From an uncultured Chitinophagaceae bacterium (GTDB lineage Bacteria > Bacteroidota > Bacteroidia > NS11-12g > UBA9320): a DNA stretch of 64,000 nt. Made by a program: the position numbers and the translations under genes. The notes beneath the pieces are model-generated. The model was not told the DNA's origin, searched no databases, and was given only the letters and a program-made list of their open reading frames with translations. This document shows, in pieces, positions 29,774 to 40,300 of this stretch (the first letter of the stretch is position 1; each line of letters opens with the position of its first letter). The stretch spans positions 37,778 to 101,777 of the forward strand of contig CAZTGZ010000006.1 in NCBI GenBank assembly GCA_964613385.1, written 5' to 3'.

Positions 29774-30607
29774 ATGCAGAATGTATTACGCTTTATACGA
29801 AAATACTATCAGATTTTTCTCTTCGTTATTCTTGAAATAATCTCCTTCACTGCCCTGATCCGATTCAATGTTTACCACAGGGCTACATTTCTTACTACCT
29901 CCAACAGCGTCAGTGGATATATATTAAATCAGAAGGCAGAAGCACTGGGCTATTTTAATCTCAAGGATCAAAATGAATTACTCCGCAAGCAGTTCAATAC
30001 GTTGTTAAATCAAAATCTAACCCATAGTTATGGTGTTTTCGGCAAGGATACTTTTTTGGTAAAAGACAGTGCCGGAATACCCTGGTTCTCATTTATCCCG
30101 GCAAAAGTGATCAACAATTCGGTCGATAAACGAAGAAATTATATTACCATTACGGCAGGTAGTAAACAGGGAATCCGTAAAAATATGGGTGTGATCAGTA
30201 ATCAGGGTGTGGTCGGGATCGTCGTGCATGTGAGTGATAATTTTGCCTTGGTGATGTCCATGTTGCATGACCAATTCAAATTAAAACCCAAAATCTCCGG
30301 TAATAACTATTTCGGCGAACTGGTATGGAATGGAGAAAATCCAACCGTTGCTAAAATCGATAAAATATCCAGACACTATACCGTACTCAAGAATCAAAAG
30401 GTGGTTACATCATCATATTCGCATCTTTTTCCGGAAAATGTCCCGGTAGGAACAGTTAGAAAGGTGGTTAAAAATATCAGGAAACCATTTTCTGAAATTG
30501 AAGTTGAATTGGCCACCGACTTTGGAAACTTATCTGCGGTATACGTAGTCGATCATAAATATCGATCAGAAATTTTAGAACTGGAAGGGAGGGAGGAGCT
30601 TGAATAA
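29774..30607 (+). CDS. mreC: rod-shape-determining protein MreC
   Basis: Position immediately after mreB. N-terminal TM helix, then a coiled-coil, then a beta-rich domain. Confidence 0.8.
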   Translation: MQNVLRFIRKYYQIFLFVILEIISFTALIRFNVYHRATFLTTSNSVSGYILNQKAEALGYFNLKDQNELLRKQFNTLLNQNLTHSYGVFGKDTFLVKDSAGIPWFSFIPAKVINNSVDKRRNYITITAGSKQGIRKNMGVISNQGVVGIVVHVSDNFALVMSMLHDQFKLKPKISGNNYFGELVWNGENPTVAKIDKISRHYTVLKNQKVVTSSYSHLFPENVPVGTVRKVVKNIRKPFSEIEVELATDFGNLSAVYVVDHKYRSEILELEGREELE

Positions 30608-31118
30608 TCCATGGCTGAGATATTTTCTGGGCTCATTCGGGCTTTTAGTGCTTCAATTGTTTGTATTGAATGCATTGGAAATATCTTCCTGGGTCTATCC
30701 TCAGGTTTATTTTATGATCATACTCTCTTTGCCGGTAAACACAGCACATTGGGTATTAATGCTCAGCGGTTTCGGTGTAGGTATGCTGGTCGATTGGTTT
30801 TCGGATACTCAGGGACTACATTCGGCGACCTTAACGGCCATATCTTATTTGCGATACGGTTATCTAAAAACAGTTTTAGACAAAGACACATTTTCTTCTG
30901 CGATCAGACCCGTTTATGGAGCTATGGAAAACGCCTGGTATATGATCTACATATCAGGTTTTAGTCTGACTTTTCATTTCATGCTTTTTCTTTTATCTGA
31001 CTTCTCGTTGGCGCATTTCGGAGATACATTTTTGAAAATTATTTACAGCAGCAGTTTGTCAATTTTGCTCATTCTGCTCATGCAGTTTGTATTTAATACC
31101 CGGGTGAACAATGATTAA
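30600..31118 (+). CDS. mreD: rod-shape-determining protein MreD
   Basis: 172-aa polytopic membrane protein between mreC and mrdA. 8-nt overlaps on both sides. Confidence 0.7.
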   Translation: MNNPWLRYFLGSFGLLVLQLFVLNALEISSWVYPQVYFMIILSLPVNTAHWVLMLSGFGVGMLVDWFSDTQGLHSATLTAISYLRYGYLKTVLDKDTFSSAIRPVYGAMENAWYMIYISGFSLTFHFMLFLLSDFSLAHFGDTFLKIIYSSSLSILLILLMQFVFNTRVNND

Positions 31119-32943
31119 CGGAGTTTTCAGAAGGAATGTAATCATTGCTGTCGTTTCAACGGTTTCCCTCATTTTTCTCATTCGTCTTTTTTATTTACAG
31201 GTTGTAGACAAAAGTTATACTGAATTTGCGGATCAAAACGCAAAAAAGGTATTGACGAGATATCCGGTTCGCGGTCTTATTATGGATCGCAACAATAAAC
31301 TCATGGTGTTTAATGACGTGGTTTATGATCTGATGGTAAATATTCCCACGCGTCTAAAGGATTTTGATACCGCGTATTTCTGTGAACTGATGAACATAGA
31401 GAAAACCGAGTTTTTAGATCGGTTAGCCTATGCCAGAACGCATGCGTATATGAGAAAAGGAGTTTTTAAGAAAAATCTTGATCCTTCTTTGCATGCCAAA
31501 CTGTTGGAAAGTATGTATGCATTCGGTGATTTTTTTATTGAGACGCGTACAGACCGCAAGTATAAATTGCCCGTTGGAGCACATGTGTTGGGGTACATCG
31601 GTGAAATTTCTGCCCGAGAGTTGGAGAATCAGGATGAGGAATACTATAACATGGGTGATTACATCGGGAAAAGTGGAATAGAACAATTTTATGAAGTGGT
31701 GTTAAGAGGAGTGAAGGGAGAAGAAATTGTACTGGTTGATCATCTTGGGAGAATAAAGGGATCCTTTGCAGATGGTAAGTTTGACACTGAATCGGAATCG
31801 GGGAGGTTCATTATTTCAAGCATCGATTTGAAACTTCAGGAATATGGAGAGAAATTAATGGCCAACAAAATGGGAAGTATTGTGGCGATAGAACCTTCAA
31901 CCGGACAAATTCTGGCTTTGGTTTCCAGCCCTTCGTATGATCCCAATCAATTCAATATCAGGAACCGAGGGAAAACGTACCCGATACTTTCCAAGGATAA
32001 AAACAAGCCATTGTACAATCGGGCGGTATCGGCTATGTATCCACCTGGATCGGTTTTTAAGGTCATACAAGCGCTCATTGCTCTGGAAGAAGGGGTCATT
32101 TCGCCCGATACCAGATTCCCGTGTAATGGAGGATACCGATTGGGGAATCTATTGGTTCGATGTCACCCCCATAGCCCCAATCCGGATTTGGAGGTAAGTT
32201 TGTCAACATCATGTAACTCCTACTATTGCAATACTTTCAAGGGCATCATGCAACAAGAGAAATTTGAAACGCCCAGAGAAGCTTATATGAATTGGGTTGA
32301 TTATTTGTATGGGTTTGGCTTGGGTAAAACGCTGGGAATAGATGTGAATAATGAAACACCCGGAATTATAAAAGACCCTGATTATTACGACAAAATGCAC
32401 GGGGTGAATAAATGGACCTATGGCCGGATTATTTCACTCTCCATAGGCCAGGGAGAATTGGGCGTAACACCGGTTCAAATGGCCAATCTGGCGGCCATCA
32501 TTGCGAATCGGGGCTATTTTTATGTGCCGCATACCATTCGCAAAATTGAAGGTGGGGTTCCAATTCCTGAAGTCTTTACAAAAAAGCATAGTACCCGGGT
32601 ATCTGAATATAACTATGAAGTGGTTATAGAAGCCATGTCAAAGGTTCTAACGCAAGGCACCGCGGTTGGGTCAAGAATTAAGGATATAGAAGTATGCGGA
32701 AAAACCGGAACGGTGCAAAATCCTCATGGAGAGAATCACAGCGTATTTATTGCTTTTGCTCCCAGAGATAACCCTAAAATTGCCATTGCAGCCGTGGTGG
32801 AGAATGCCGGATATGGTGCGACCTGGGCGGCTCCAATCAGTTCTTTGATGATTGAAAGATACCTGAAGGCAGATACCACGGAACGCAAATATCTCGAAGA
32901 ACGAATTCTGAAAGCCAATAAAATGCCGGTTGAAGATCCATGA
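31111..32943 (+). CDS. mrdA: penicillin-binding protein 2 (peptidoglycan D,D-transpeptidase)
   Basis: 610 aa. Contains the SVFK (SxxK), SCN (SxN) and KTGT motifs. N-terminal TM anchor. Confidence 0.9.
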   Translation: MINGVFRRNVIIAVVSTVSLIFLIRLFYLQVVDKSYTEFADQNAKKVLTRYPVRGLIMDRNNKLMVFNDVVYDLMVNIPTRLKDFDTAYFCELMNIEKTEFLDRLAYARTHAYMRKGVFKKNLDPSLHAKLLESMYAFGDFFIETRTDRKYKLPVGAHVLGYIGEISARELENQDEEYYNMGDYIGKSGIEQFYEVVLRGVKGEEIVLVDHLGRIKGSFADGKFDTESESGRFIISSIDLKLQEYGEKLMANKMGSIVAIEPSTGQILALVSSPSYDPNQFNIRNRGKTYPILSKDKNKPLYNRAVSAMYPPGSVFKVIQALIALEEGVISPDTRFPCNGGYRLGNLLVRCHPHSPNPDLEVSLSTSCNSYYCNTFKGIMQQEKFETPREAYMNWVDYLYGFGLGKTLGIDVNNETPGIIKDPDYYDKMHGVNKWTYGRIISLSIGQGELGVTPVQMANLAAIIANRGYFYVPHTIRKIEGGVPIPEVFTKKHSTRVSEYNYEVVIEAMSKVLTQGTAVGSRIKDIEVCGKTGTVQNPHGENHSVFIAFAPRDNPKIAIAAVVENAGYGATWAAPISSLMIERYLKADTTERKYLEERILKANKMPVEDP

Positions 32944-34211
32944 GCGAAGAGAAGTTATATACCGGAACAACAGACTGGCTTTTGGTGATATTTTATCTCA
33001 TGTTGGCCGGTATTGGATTGGTCAGCGTTTTTTCGAGCTCGTCGGAAGGAATGGGTTTAATGCTGGACCTTTCCACAAAGTACGGAAAACAAGCACTTTG
33101 GCTGGTCATCTCTCTGACAGTTGGCTTTGGCCTCTTCTTGTTTGACGTTCGATTCTTTAGTTTCTTTTCCTGGCTGTTTTATGCTGTTGGAATCGGCCTT
33201 CTGGCAGCAGTTTTGGTTGTGGGAAGTGAAATGTTTGGTTCAAAATCCTGGATCAATATTGGCGGTATGAGCATTCAACCTGCTGAATTTGCTAAACTCG
33301 GAACGGCCATCGCTCTGGCGAGGTATCTTTCAGAATATGGTGTGGATGTGAGAAAATGGAAATTCAGAATTAATGCCCTCATCATCATAGGAATTCCCAT
33401 GGCTTTGGTCTTGTTGCAAGGCGATGCTGGGTCTTCACTCGTTTTTATGAGTTTTTTTCTGGTGCTATACCGCGAAGGATTACCCGGCTATCTGTTGATT
33501 GCAGGAATTTCGGTTATCCTGATTTTTATTCTCACTTTGTTTTTCGACGCGATTGCTGTGATCCTGATGTTTGGTGGAATTGCTTTTATCATCATTGCCC
33601 TTAATTATAAAAGGAGATCAATTGTTACCTTAATGATGGCGCTAATTGCTACCGTTGCTGCAATATCATTTTCGGTAGATTATGTGGTCAACAATGTTTT
33701 AAAGGAACATCAGAAAAAGAGAATTCTTGTAACGCTGAAAATGCTTGAAGATCCAAAGGGTATTGAGTATAACGTAATTCAGTCGAAAATTGCCATTGGA
33801 TCCGGTGGTATTTGGGGAAAGGGCTTTTTACAGGGGACGCAAACCAAAGGCGATTTTGTCCCTGAGCAGAGTACTGATTTTATTTTTTGTACGATAGGTG
33901 AAGAGTTCGGCCTTCTGGGCTCCTGGCTGCTGGTATTATTATATACTGCTTTGCTGATACGGGTGTTTTTTGTAGCTGAGAGACAAAAAAATCGATTCGG
34001 TAGAATTTATGGCTATGGGGTAGGATCCATTTTATTCATCCATTTTTTTATCAATATCGGAATGGCCATAGATTTGATGCCGGTCATTGGAATTCCACTT
34101 CCTTTTATCAGTTATGGAGGAAGTTCACTCTTCGCGTTTACCTTATTACTGTTTTTATTAATCAGATTGGATGCAAACCGGCACAATGAATTGGACGCCA
34201 TGTCTCAATAA
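32940..34211 (+). CDS. rodA: rod-shape-determining protein RodA (SEDS glycosyltransferase)
   Basis: 423-aa polytopic SEDS-family protein with FtsW/RodA signature regions. Overlaps mrdA by 4 nt. Confidence 0.9.
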   Translation: MSEEKLYTGTTDWLLVIFYLMLAGIGLVSVFSSSSEGMGLMLDLSTKYGKQALWLVISLTVGFGLFLFDVRFFSFFSWLFYAVGIGLLAAVLVVGSEMFGSKSWINIGGMSIQPAEFAKLGTAIALARYLSEYGVDVRKWKFRINALIIIGIPMALVLLQGDAGSSLVFMSFFLVLYREGLPGYLLIAGISVILIFILTLFFDAIAVILMFGGIAFIIIALNYKRRSIVTLMMALIATVAAISFSVDYVVNNVLKEHQKKRILVTLKMLEDPKGIEYNVIQSKIAIGSGGIWGKGFLQGTQTKGDFVPEQSTDFIFCTIGEEFGLLGSWLLVLLYTALLIRVFFVAERQKNRFGRIYGYGVGSILFIHFFINIGMAIDLMPVIGIPLPFISYGGSSLFAFTLLLFLLIRLDANRHNELDAMSQ

Positions 34212-36314
34212 TTATGAAATTCGACTCCAGTCAGTCGTTCCCTTCAAACTTCGCAAATAACTTCTCAATGACAACTGGTCAGGTGCCTCTAATTCAGGGT
34301 CGGATTGCAGCAGCCATTCGGCATCTTTTCTGCTTTTCATCATCAATTCTTCGTCTCCTGTAATTTTTGCCAGTTTCAAATCAGGCAATCCGCTTTGTTG
34401 TGTGCCTTCTATATCTCCCGGCCCCCTAAGACTGAGATCCATTTCTGCTAATTTAAACCCGTCTTGGGTGGATTGCATGGCTTTAATCCGCTTCAATCCA
34501 TAAGCGCTGATCTCCTTTCCGGATAAGAGGATGCAATAACTCTGTTCAGAGCCCCTGCCTACACGTCCTCTGAGCTGGTGAAGCTGCGAGAGTCCGAATC
34601 TCTCCGCGTTTTCGATGACCATGGTAGTTGCATTGGGTACATTGATGCCAACTTCAATCACGGTTGTCGAAATCAATATTTGAATATGCCCTTGCTTAAA
34701 CCTATCCATAACGAACTCTTTCTCAGAAGGTTTCATTTTGCCATGTATGATATCAACCTGAAATTCCGGTCTGGGGAAAAACCTTGAGAAAAACTCAAAT
34801 CCTTCCATCAAACTGTTGTAAGACATTTTTTCGGATTCCTCAATCAGCGGATACACTACGTATATCTGTCTACCTGAATCAATTTGTTTTCGGATAAATT
34901 CAATGAGATTCATCCGCTGAGCTTCGTTGATGTGCAGTGTCTGTATTGGTTTCCGACCGGCAGGTAACTGGTCAATGACAGAAATATCCAGATCGCCGTA
35001 AATGGTCATGGCCAGGGTTCGCGGAATGGGTGTGGCGGTCATGACTAGTATATGTGGTACTTCACCGCTTTTGTCCCACATTTTTGCCCTCTGTGCTACC
35101 CCAAACCGATGTTGTTCATCAATAATGGCCAACCCTTGTCGCTTCATTTTTACGCGATCTTCAATCAGGGCATGGGTGCCAATTAGAAGTTGAATATTTC
35201 CGGAAGCAAGTCCTTCCAAAATTTCTATTCTGGCGCGTGACTTGGTCGACCCTGTGAGCAAGGCTATGCTCAATCCGAGCTTTTCTGCAGGCTCTTTCAT
35301 GTTTTCATAGTGCTGAAAGGCCAAAATTTCGGTGGGTGCCATTAAACTGCTTTGGGTATTGTTGTCTGCCGCTAACAACATCAACATAAAGGCCACAACG
35401 GATTTTCCACTTCCCACATCTCCCTGCAACAATCGGTTCATTTGTTTGCCAGTGCGCAAATCGTCTCTGATTTCTTTGAGTACCCTTTTTTGTGCTTCTG
35501 TGAGTTGAAATGGGATATGATGTGCGTAATAATCATTGAAAAAGCTGCCAACTTTTACAAAAGGAATACCTTTAAAAAGCGCTTTATTCCTCAATTTTTG
35601 CTTGACAATTCTCAGCTGGAGGATAAGCAACTCTTCATATTTTAAGCGGTGAATGGCCATTCTTAAGGCCGATTCATCTGTTGGCTGATGTATATTTCGA
35701 ATGGCGGCTAACCGCGACATCAATTCGTTGGATTTTAGAAGGGAAGAAGGAAGAATTTCCGGCAAACTGAATTGGGGGTGCGCGAAAATCTGATCAAGCA
35801 ATACACGAAAATGCTTTTGATTGAAATTTTTGTTTCTCAACTTTTCAGTAAGTGAGTAAACGCCTTGCAAACCCTTGTTTTTTAAGGTGTTAGCGGTAGT
35901 TTCAATTTCAGGGTGTACAAAGTTCAATTTGTTACCAAATTCGGATGGCTTGCCGAAAATCACGTAGCTCTCACCGGGTTTGTATTGTTCGAGTATCCAT
36001 TTATGACCCTGAAACCAAACCAAGGGAATACTCCCGGTATGATCACTCAGGGTAGATTTCAATCGTTTAAACTTGCCGTTCCCAACAAATTCAAAGGGTC
36101 CCAAAACTCCTTTTACCTGAACATATGTCAAATCACCTTGTAACTCACTGATTAAATGGAATTTAGTTCTGTCAATATAACGAAAAGGGAAATAGTATAA
36201 GAGATCCTGGACTGTTTTAATACCCAATTCCTTTTCGAAAAGTTCGGCTTTTGCAGGCCCGACTCCTTTGAGATACAATACCGGTGTTGATAGGTAACCC
36301 GGTGAAGCATTCAT
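34212..36314 (-). CDS. recG: ATP-dependent DNA helicase RecG
   Basis: 700 aa. N-terminal wedge domain, Walker A GDVGSGKS, DExH-like (DEQH), and helicase C-terminal motifs. Confidence 0.9.
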   Translation of the reverse strand: MNASPGYLSTPVLYLKGVGPAKAELFEKELGIKTVQDLLYYFPFRYIDRTKFHLISELQGDLTYVQVKGVLGPFEFVGNGKFKRLKSTLSDHTGSIPLVWFQGHKWILEQYKPGESYVIFGKPSEFGNKLNFVHPEIETTANTLKNKGLQGVYSLTEKLRNKNFNQKHFRVLLDQIFAHPQFSLPEILPSSLLKSNELMSRLAAIRNIHQPTDESALRMAIHRLKYEELLILQLRIVKQKLRNKALFKGIPFVKVGSFFNDYYAHHIPFQLTEAQKRVLKEIRDDLRTGKQMNRLLQGDVGSGKSVVAFMLMLLAADNNTQSSLMAPTEILAFQHYENMKEPAEKLGLSIALLTGSTKSRARIEILEGLASGNIQLLIGTHALIEDRVKMKRQGLAIIDEQHRFGVAQRAKMWDKSGEVPHILVMTATPIPRTLAMTIYGDLDISVIDQLPAGRKPIQTLHINEAQRMNLIEFIRKQIDSGRQIYVVYPLIEESEKMSYNSLMEGFEFFSRFFPRPEFQVDIIHGKMKPSEKEFVMDRFKQGHIQILISTTVIEVGINVPNATTMVIENAERFGLSQLHQLRGRVGRGSEQSYCILLSGKEISAYGLKRIKAMQSTQDGFKLAEMDLSLRGPGDIEGTQQSGLPDLKLAKITGDEELMMKSRKDAEWLLQSDPELEAPDQLSLRSYLRSLKGTTDWSRIS

Positions 36315-37288
36315 AGATCAGTTATTTTTTGTATAAAAGCAGCCATCTCCATCAGCCAGGCAATACCCATATGCACAATAATGCCGCCCGCAATACTCCT
36401 GCTGTAGTATGAAATAATTCCCAATAAACTCCCTCCAAAAAATGAACTGATGGTTTCTCCCAATGGTTTCCCGAAATGAATAACCACATAAAAGGCTGCC
36501 ATGGGAAGTATGGCGGAAGGTCCCGCCAAATGCACAAACGCCATAACAAGAAATCCCCTGAAATAAAATTCTATGAAAACAAAATCCAGTCCATATACCA
36601 ACTCATACAGGCCAAAATATTTAAGATCAGCCTGTTTTTTAGGGTCTAATCCTTGCAACTCTCCTCCTCTTGGATACATATCTAAAAAATCAGATTGAAA
36701 TGAGGCCAGTGCAATCAAAGGTATCATCACCAACAGCATAACGACATAAGGTGTGGTATCATATCCTTTCAAGGTAAAGCCGTACAGGGGCTCCTTTTTT
36801 TTGTCTTTTAGGTACCAATAAATGAAAATAGGCACCAAAATGAGCATCATCCGGAAAACTGAGAGAATAATACTATACCAGAAATAAGCCAAGGGCGAAT
36901 GTTCTATGTAAGGAAATAAATCATTGGCCAAAATATGCGAAATGCTCCGGAGAGAAAAAATGAGTATGGCAAAGCATGAAAGAAACCAGAATGCCGGTTT
37001 TTTGAAAATTTCAAAATTCGATTTAACGATGGCTTGTATGAAATGGGTACCGAAAAATGGAATACTAAAGAGAATGAAATAATATAAAAACAACCTGGGA
37101 TCCCAGCTCAGCTCGAGTTTGGCTTGTTTTAAATATGGGTGGAAATAATTATATCCGGTTAAAATGACGAGTAAAATAACCGTTCCGAGCAATGCCCATA
37201 CATTGAACTCTTCACGGAAGTATTTTTTCAGATACCCAATAATTTTTTTCACAAATGCGAACTTAAGAAATAGTTTTACTTGGCACAT
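36311..37288 (-). CDS. CPBP-family intramembrane metalloprotease-like membrane protein
   Basis: Polytopic. Motifs resembling the CPBP triad: EFYFRG (ExxxR), FYVVIH (FxxxH), and HMGIAW. Overlaps the recG start by 4 nt. Confidence 0.5.
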   Translation of the reverse strand: MCQVKLFLKFAFVKKIIGYLKKYFREEFNVWALLGTVILLVILTGYNYFHPYLKQAKLELSWDPRLFLYYFILFSIPFFGTHFIQAIVKSNFEIFKKPAFWFLSCFAILIFSLRSISHILANDLFPYIEHSPLAYFWYSIILSVFRMMLILVPIFIYWYLKDKKKEPLYGFTLKGYDTTPYVVMLLVMIPLIALASFQSDFLDMYPRGGELQGLDPKKQADLKYFGLYELVYGLDFVFIEFYFRGFLVMAFVHLAGPSAILPMAAFYVVIHFGKPLGETISSFFGGSLLGIISYYSRSIAGGIIVHMGIAWLMEMAAFIQKITDL

Positions 37289-37364
37289 GCATGTTTCTCA
37301 TTGTATATAACTTAAAAAGAATCCACAGTTTATCCATACAACCAATGTTAAGCCTCTTGTGCGT

Positions 37365-37372
37365 TAACTTTG
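37365..37372 (+). promoter_or_regulatory. candidate Bacteroidota -7 promoter box TAACTTTG for dnaE
   Basis: Perfect match to the TAnnTTTG consensus, 12 nt upstream of the dnaE ATG at 37385. Confidence 0.35.
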
Positions 37373-37384
37373 AAATTCTTCACC

Positions 37385-40300
37385 ATGACAGAATTTGTAC
37401 ATTTACATTGCCATACTCAGTTCTCACTGTTAGATGGGGCTTCCTCTATTCCGGGAATGATGAAAAAAGCCAAAGAGCACGGAATGAAAGCCGTGGCTTT
37501 AACCGATCACGGAAATATGTTCGGGGCTTTTCAATTTACCCTGGAAGCCGGCAAAAATGGCATCAAACCCATCATTGGTTGTGAATTCTATGTGGTTGAA
37601 GACAGACATAAAAAGTCATTTGGCGGGGGTGAAAAAGACAAACGATTTCACCAGTTGTTATTAGCCAAGAATAAGACCGGTTACGAGAATTTGTCGAGGT
37701 TGTGTTCTCTCGGTTTTATTGAAGGCCTATACGGCAAATTCCCAAGGGTTGACAGAGAGTTAATTAAAAAGTATTCTGAAGGAATCATTGCAACCACTTG
37801 TTGTATCGGGGCTGAAGTACCCCAGGCAATTTTGCATCAGGGCGAAGAAGCTGCTGAAAAAATTTTCCTCGAATGGCGTGAAATATTTGGAGAAAACTAT
37901 TTCATTGAGTTGCAGAGACACGGACTGACCAATATTGATCATACAGGTATGAGTCAGGAGGACGTGAATCAAATTTTGCTTAAATGGTCTAAAAAATATA
38001 ATGTTCCGGTTATAGCCACCAATGATTCTCATTACGTAGATCAACCCGACAACATTGCGCACGATATACTCCTCTGCATTAATACGGGTGATTTTGTGAA
38101 CACTCCGATCGGTGATGGCAAAGGCTATCGTTTTGGATTTCCGAACAGCGAGTTCTTCTTTAAAACTCCTGAAGAAATGGCCAAACTCTTTGCTGATGTT
38201 CCTTCCGCCCTGGAGAACACGGTGATGATTGCAGACATGATTGAGGCGCCTGATTTGAAACGGAACATCTTATTGCCGAATTATCAGATTCCACCAGAAT
38301 TCAAAAACCAGGAAGAATATTTACAATTTTTATGTTTTGAAGGAGCCAGAATTAGGTATGGAGGTATTTCCGAAGAAGTCAGAGAACGCATTGATTTTGA
38401 GTTGAGTGTTATCTTTAAATTTCATTACGAAGGATACTTTCTCATTGTTCAGGACTTTACATCTGCAGCTCGAAAAATGGGCGTGAGGGTGGGACCCGGC
38501 AGAGGTAGCGCGGCAGGTTCTGTAGTGGCATATTGCTTGGGTATTACCAACGTAGACCCAATGAAATATGGGTTGCTTTTTGAAAGATTCCTGAATCCGG
38601 ACCGGGTTTCAATGCCCGATATCGATATAGATTTTGATGATATCGGACGATCAAAGGTGCTGGATTATGTCGTGGATAAATACGGCAAAAGACAAGTTGC
38701 TCAAATTATCACCTACGGATCGATGGCAGCAAAGTCATCCATCAGAGATGTTGGGAGAGTGCTGAATATCCCATTGGAAGAGGTAGACAAAATCAGTAAG
38801 ATGGTGCCTGACATTTCTCTGAAAGACATCTTTGATACGCCTATGGAGAAATTAAAACAGGATGTACGTTCCGAATGGGTAGATCAGGTAGTTCAGCTGA
38901 GAAAACTGGCCGAAGGCAAAAATGAAACGGCCAAAATGTTGATGCACGCCCGAAAGTTGGAAGGCTCTGTGCGAAATACCGGAGTGCATGCCTGCGGAGT
39001 AATTATTACCCCTCAAGACATTACGGATCTGGTGCCGGTCGCGGTAGCCCGTGATTCTGATTTATTGGTAACCCAATTCGATAACGACGTGGTTGAAAAG
39101 GCAGGTCTGTTAAAAATGGACTTTCTTGGTTTGCGCACGCTCAGCATTATTAACGATTGCATCAAAAGAATTGAGGAAAGACACGGAATTCTGATAGATC
39201 CTGACCTGATTGAATTAAATGATCAGGAAACGTATAAATTATTTCAGGATGGGCGTACTGTAGGCATTTTTCAGTTTGAAAGCGAAGGAATGCAAAAGCA
39301 TTTGAAAGATCTGAAGCCGAATAGGTTCGAAGATTTGATCGCGATGAATGCTTTGTACCGCCCGGGCCCATTGGCGTATATTCCAAAGTTCATTCAAAGA
39401 AAACACGGCAAGGAAGATATCACCTACGATGTCCCTGACATGGAGGAGTTCTTGAGTGAAACCTATGGCATTACCGTGTATCAGGAACAAGTGATGCGTT
39501 TGTCTCAGAAACTTGCAGGATTCACCAAAGCTCAGGCCGACCAACTGAGAAAAGCCATGGGGAAAAAAGACCGTGCATTGCTCGATCAACTCAAGGAAAC
39601 TTTTCAGCAAGGTGCTTCCGAGCGCGGCCATGACGCCAAAGTAATGGAAAAAGTATGGACTGATTGGGAAGCTTTTGCGCAATACGCATTTAACAAATCT
39701 CACAGTACATGCTACTCGGTTGTTGCATTTCAAACAGCCTGGTTCAAAACGCATTATCCGGCTGAATATATGTCTGCTGTGCTCACCAACAACATGTCTG
39801 ACATTAAAAAAATTGGATTCTTCATTGATGAATGCAAAGCCATGGGCCTGACAGTTTCCGGACCGGATATCAATGAAAGTAAGCTTCCTTTTTCTGTTAA
39901 CAAATTAGGTCATATTCGATTTGGATTGGCAGCTGTTAAAGGTGTGGGTGAAGGTGCTGCCGAGGAGATTATCAGAGAACGGGAAGCAGGTGGAGAGTAT
40001 GCATCTATATTTGATCTCACCTCAAGGGTGAACCTGAGGGTTGTGAATAAAAAATCATTAGAGGCATTAGCGCAAGCCGGAAGTTTTGACGGATTTACAG
40101 ATACGCATCGAACACAATATATTCTGAAAGACGGGGAAGATCAATCAAATGGAGTAGAATTGGCCATTAAATACGGAAGCAATGTTCAATCCAATCAAAT
40201 GGCATCGCAGGGCTCCTTATTTGGCGCAAGTCAGGGAGCATCGCTAACACCACCACAATTACCCAAAGTTGAACCTGCAAACCGCATGTATTTGTTGAAT

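Noticed and set aside
37291-37584. 97-aa plus-strand ORF overlapping the dnaE start in another frame
   Set aside because: Out-of-frame overlap with the conserved dnaE N-terminus. Composition is basic and low-complexity.
39239-39754. 171-aa minus-strand ORF inside dnaE, and a 74-aa ORF at 39162..39386
   Set aside because: Antisense to a highly conserved dnaE coding region. No start context or domain. Typical spurious long antisense ORFs.
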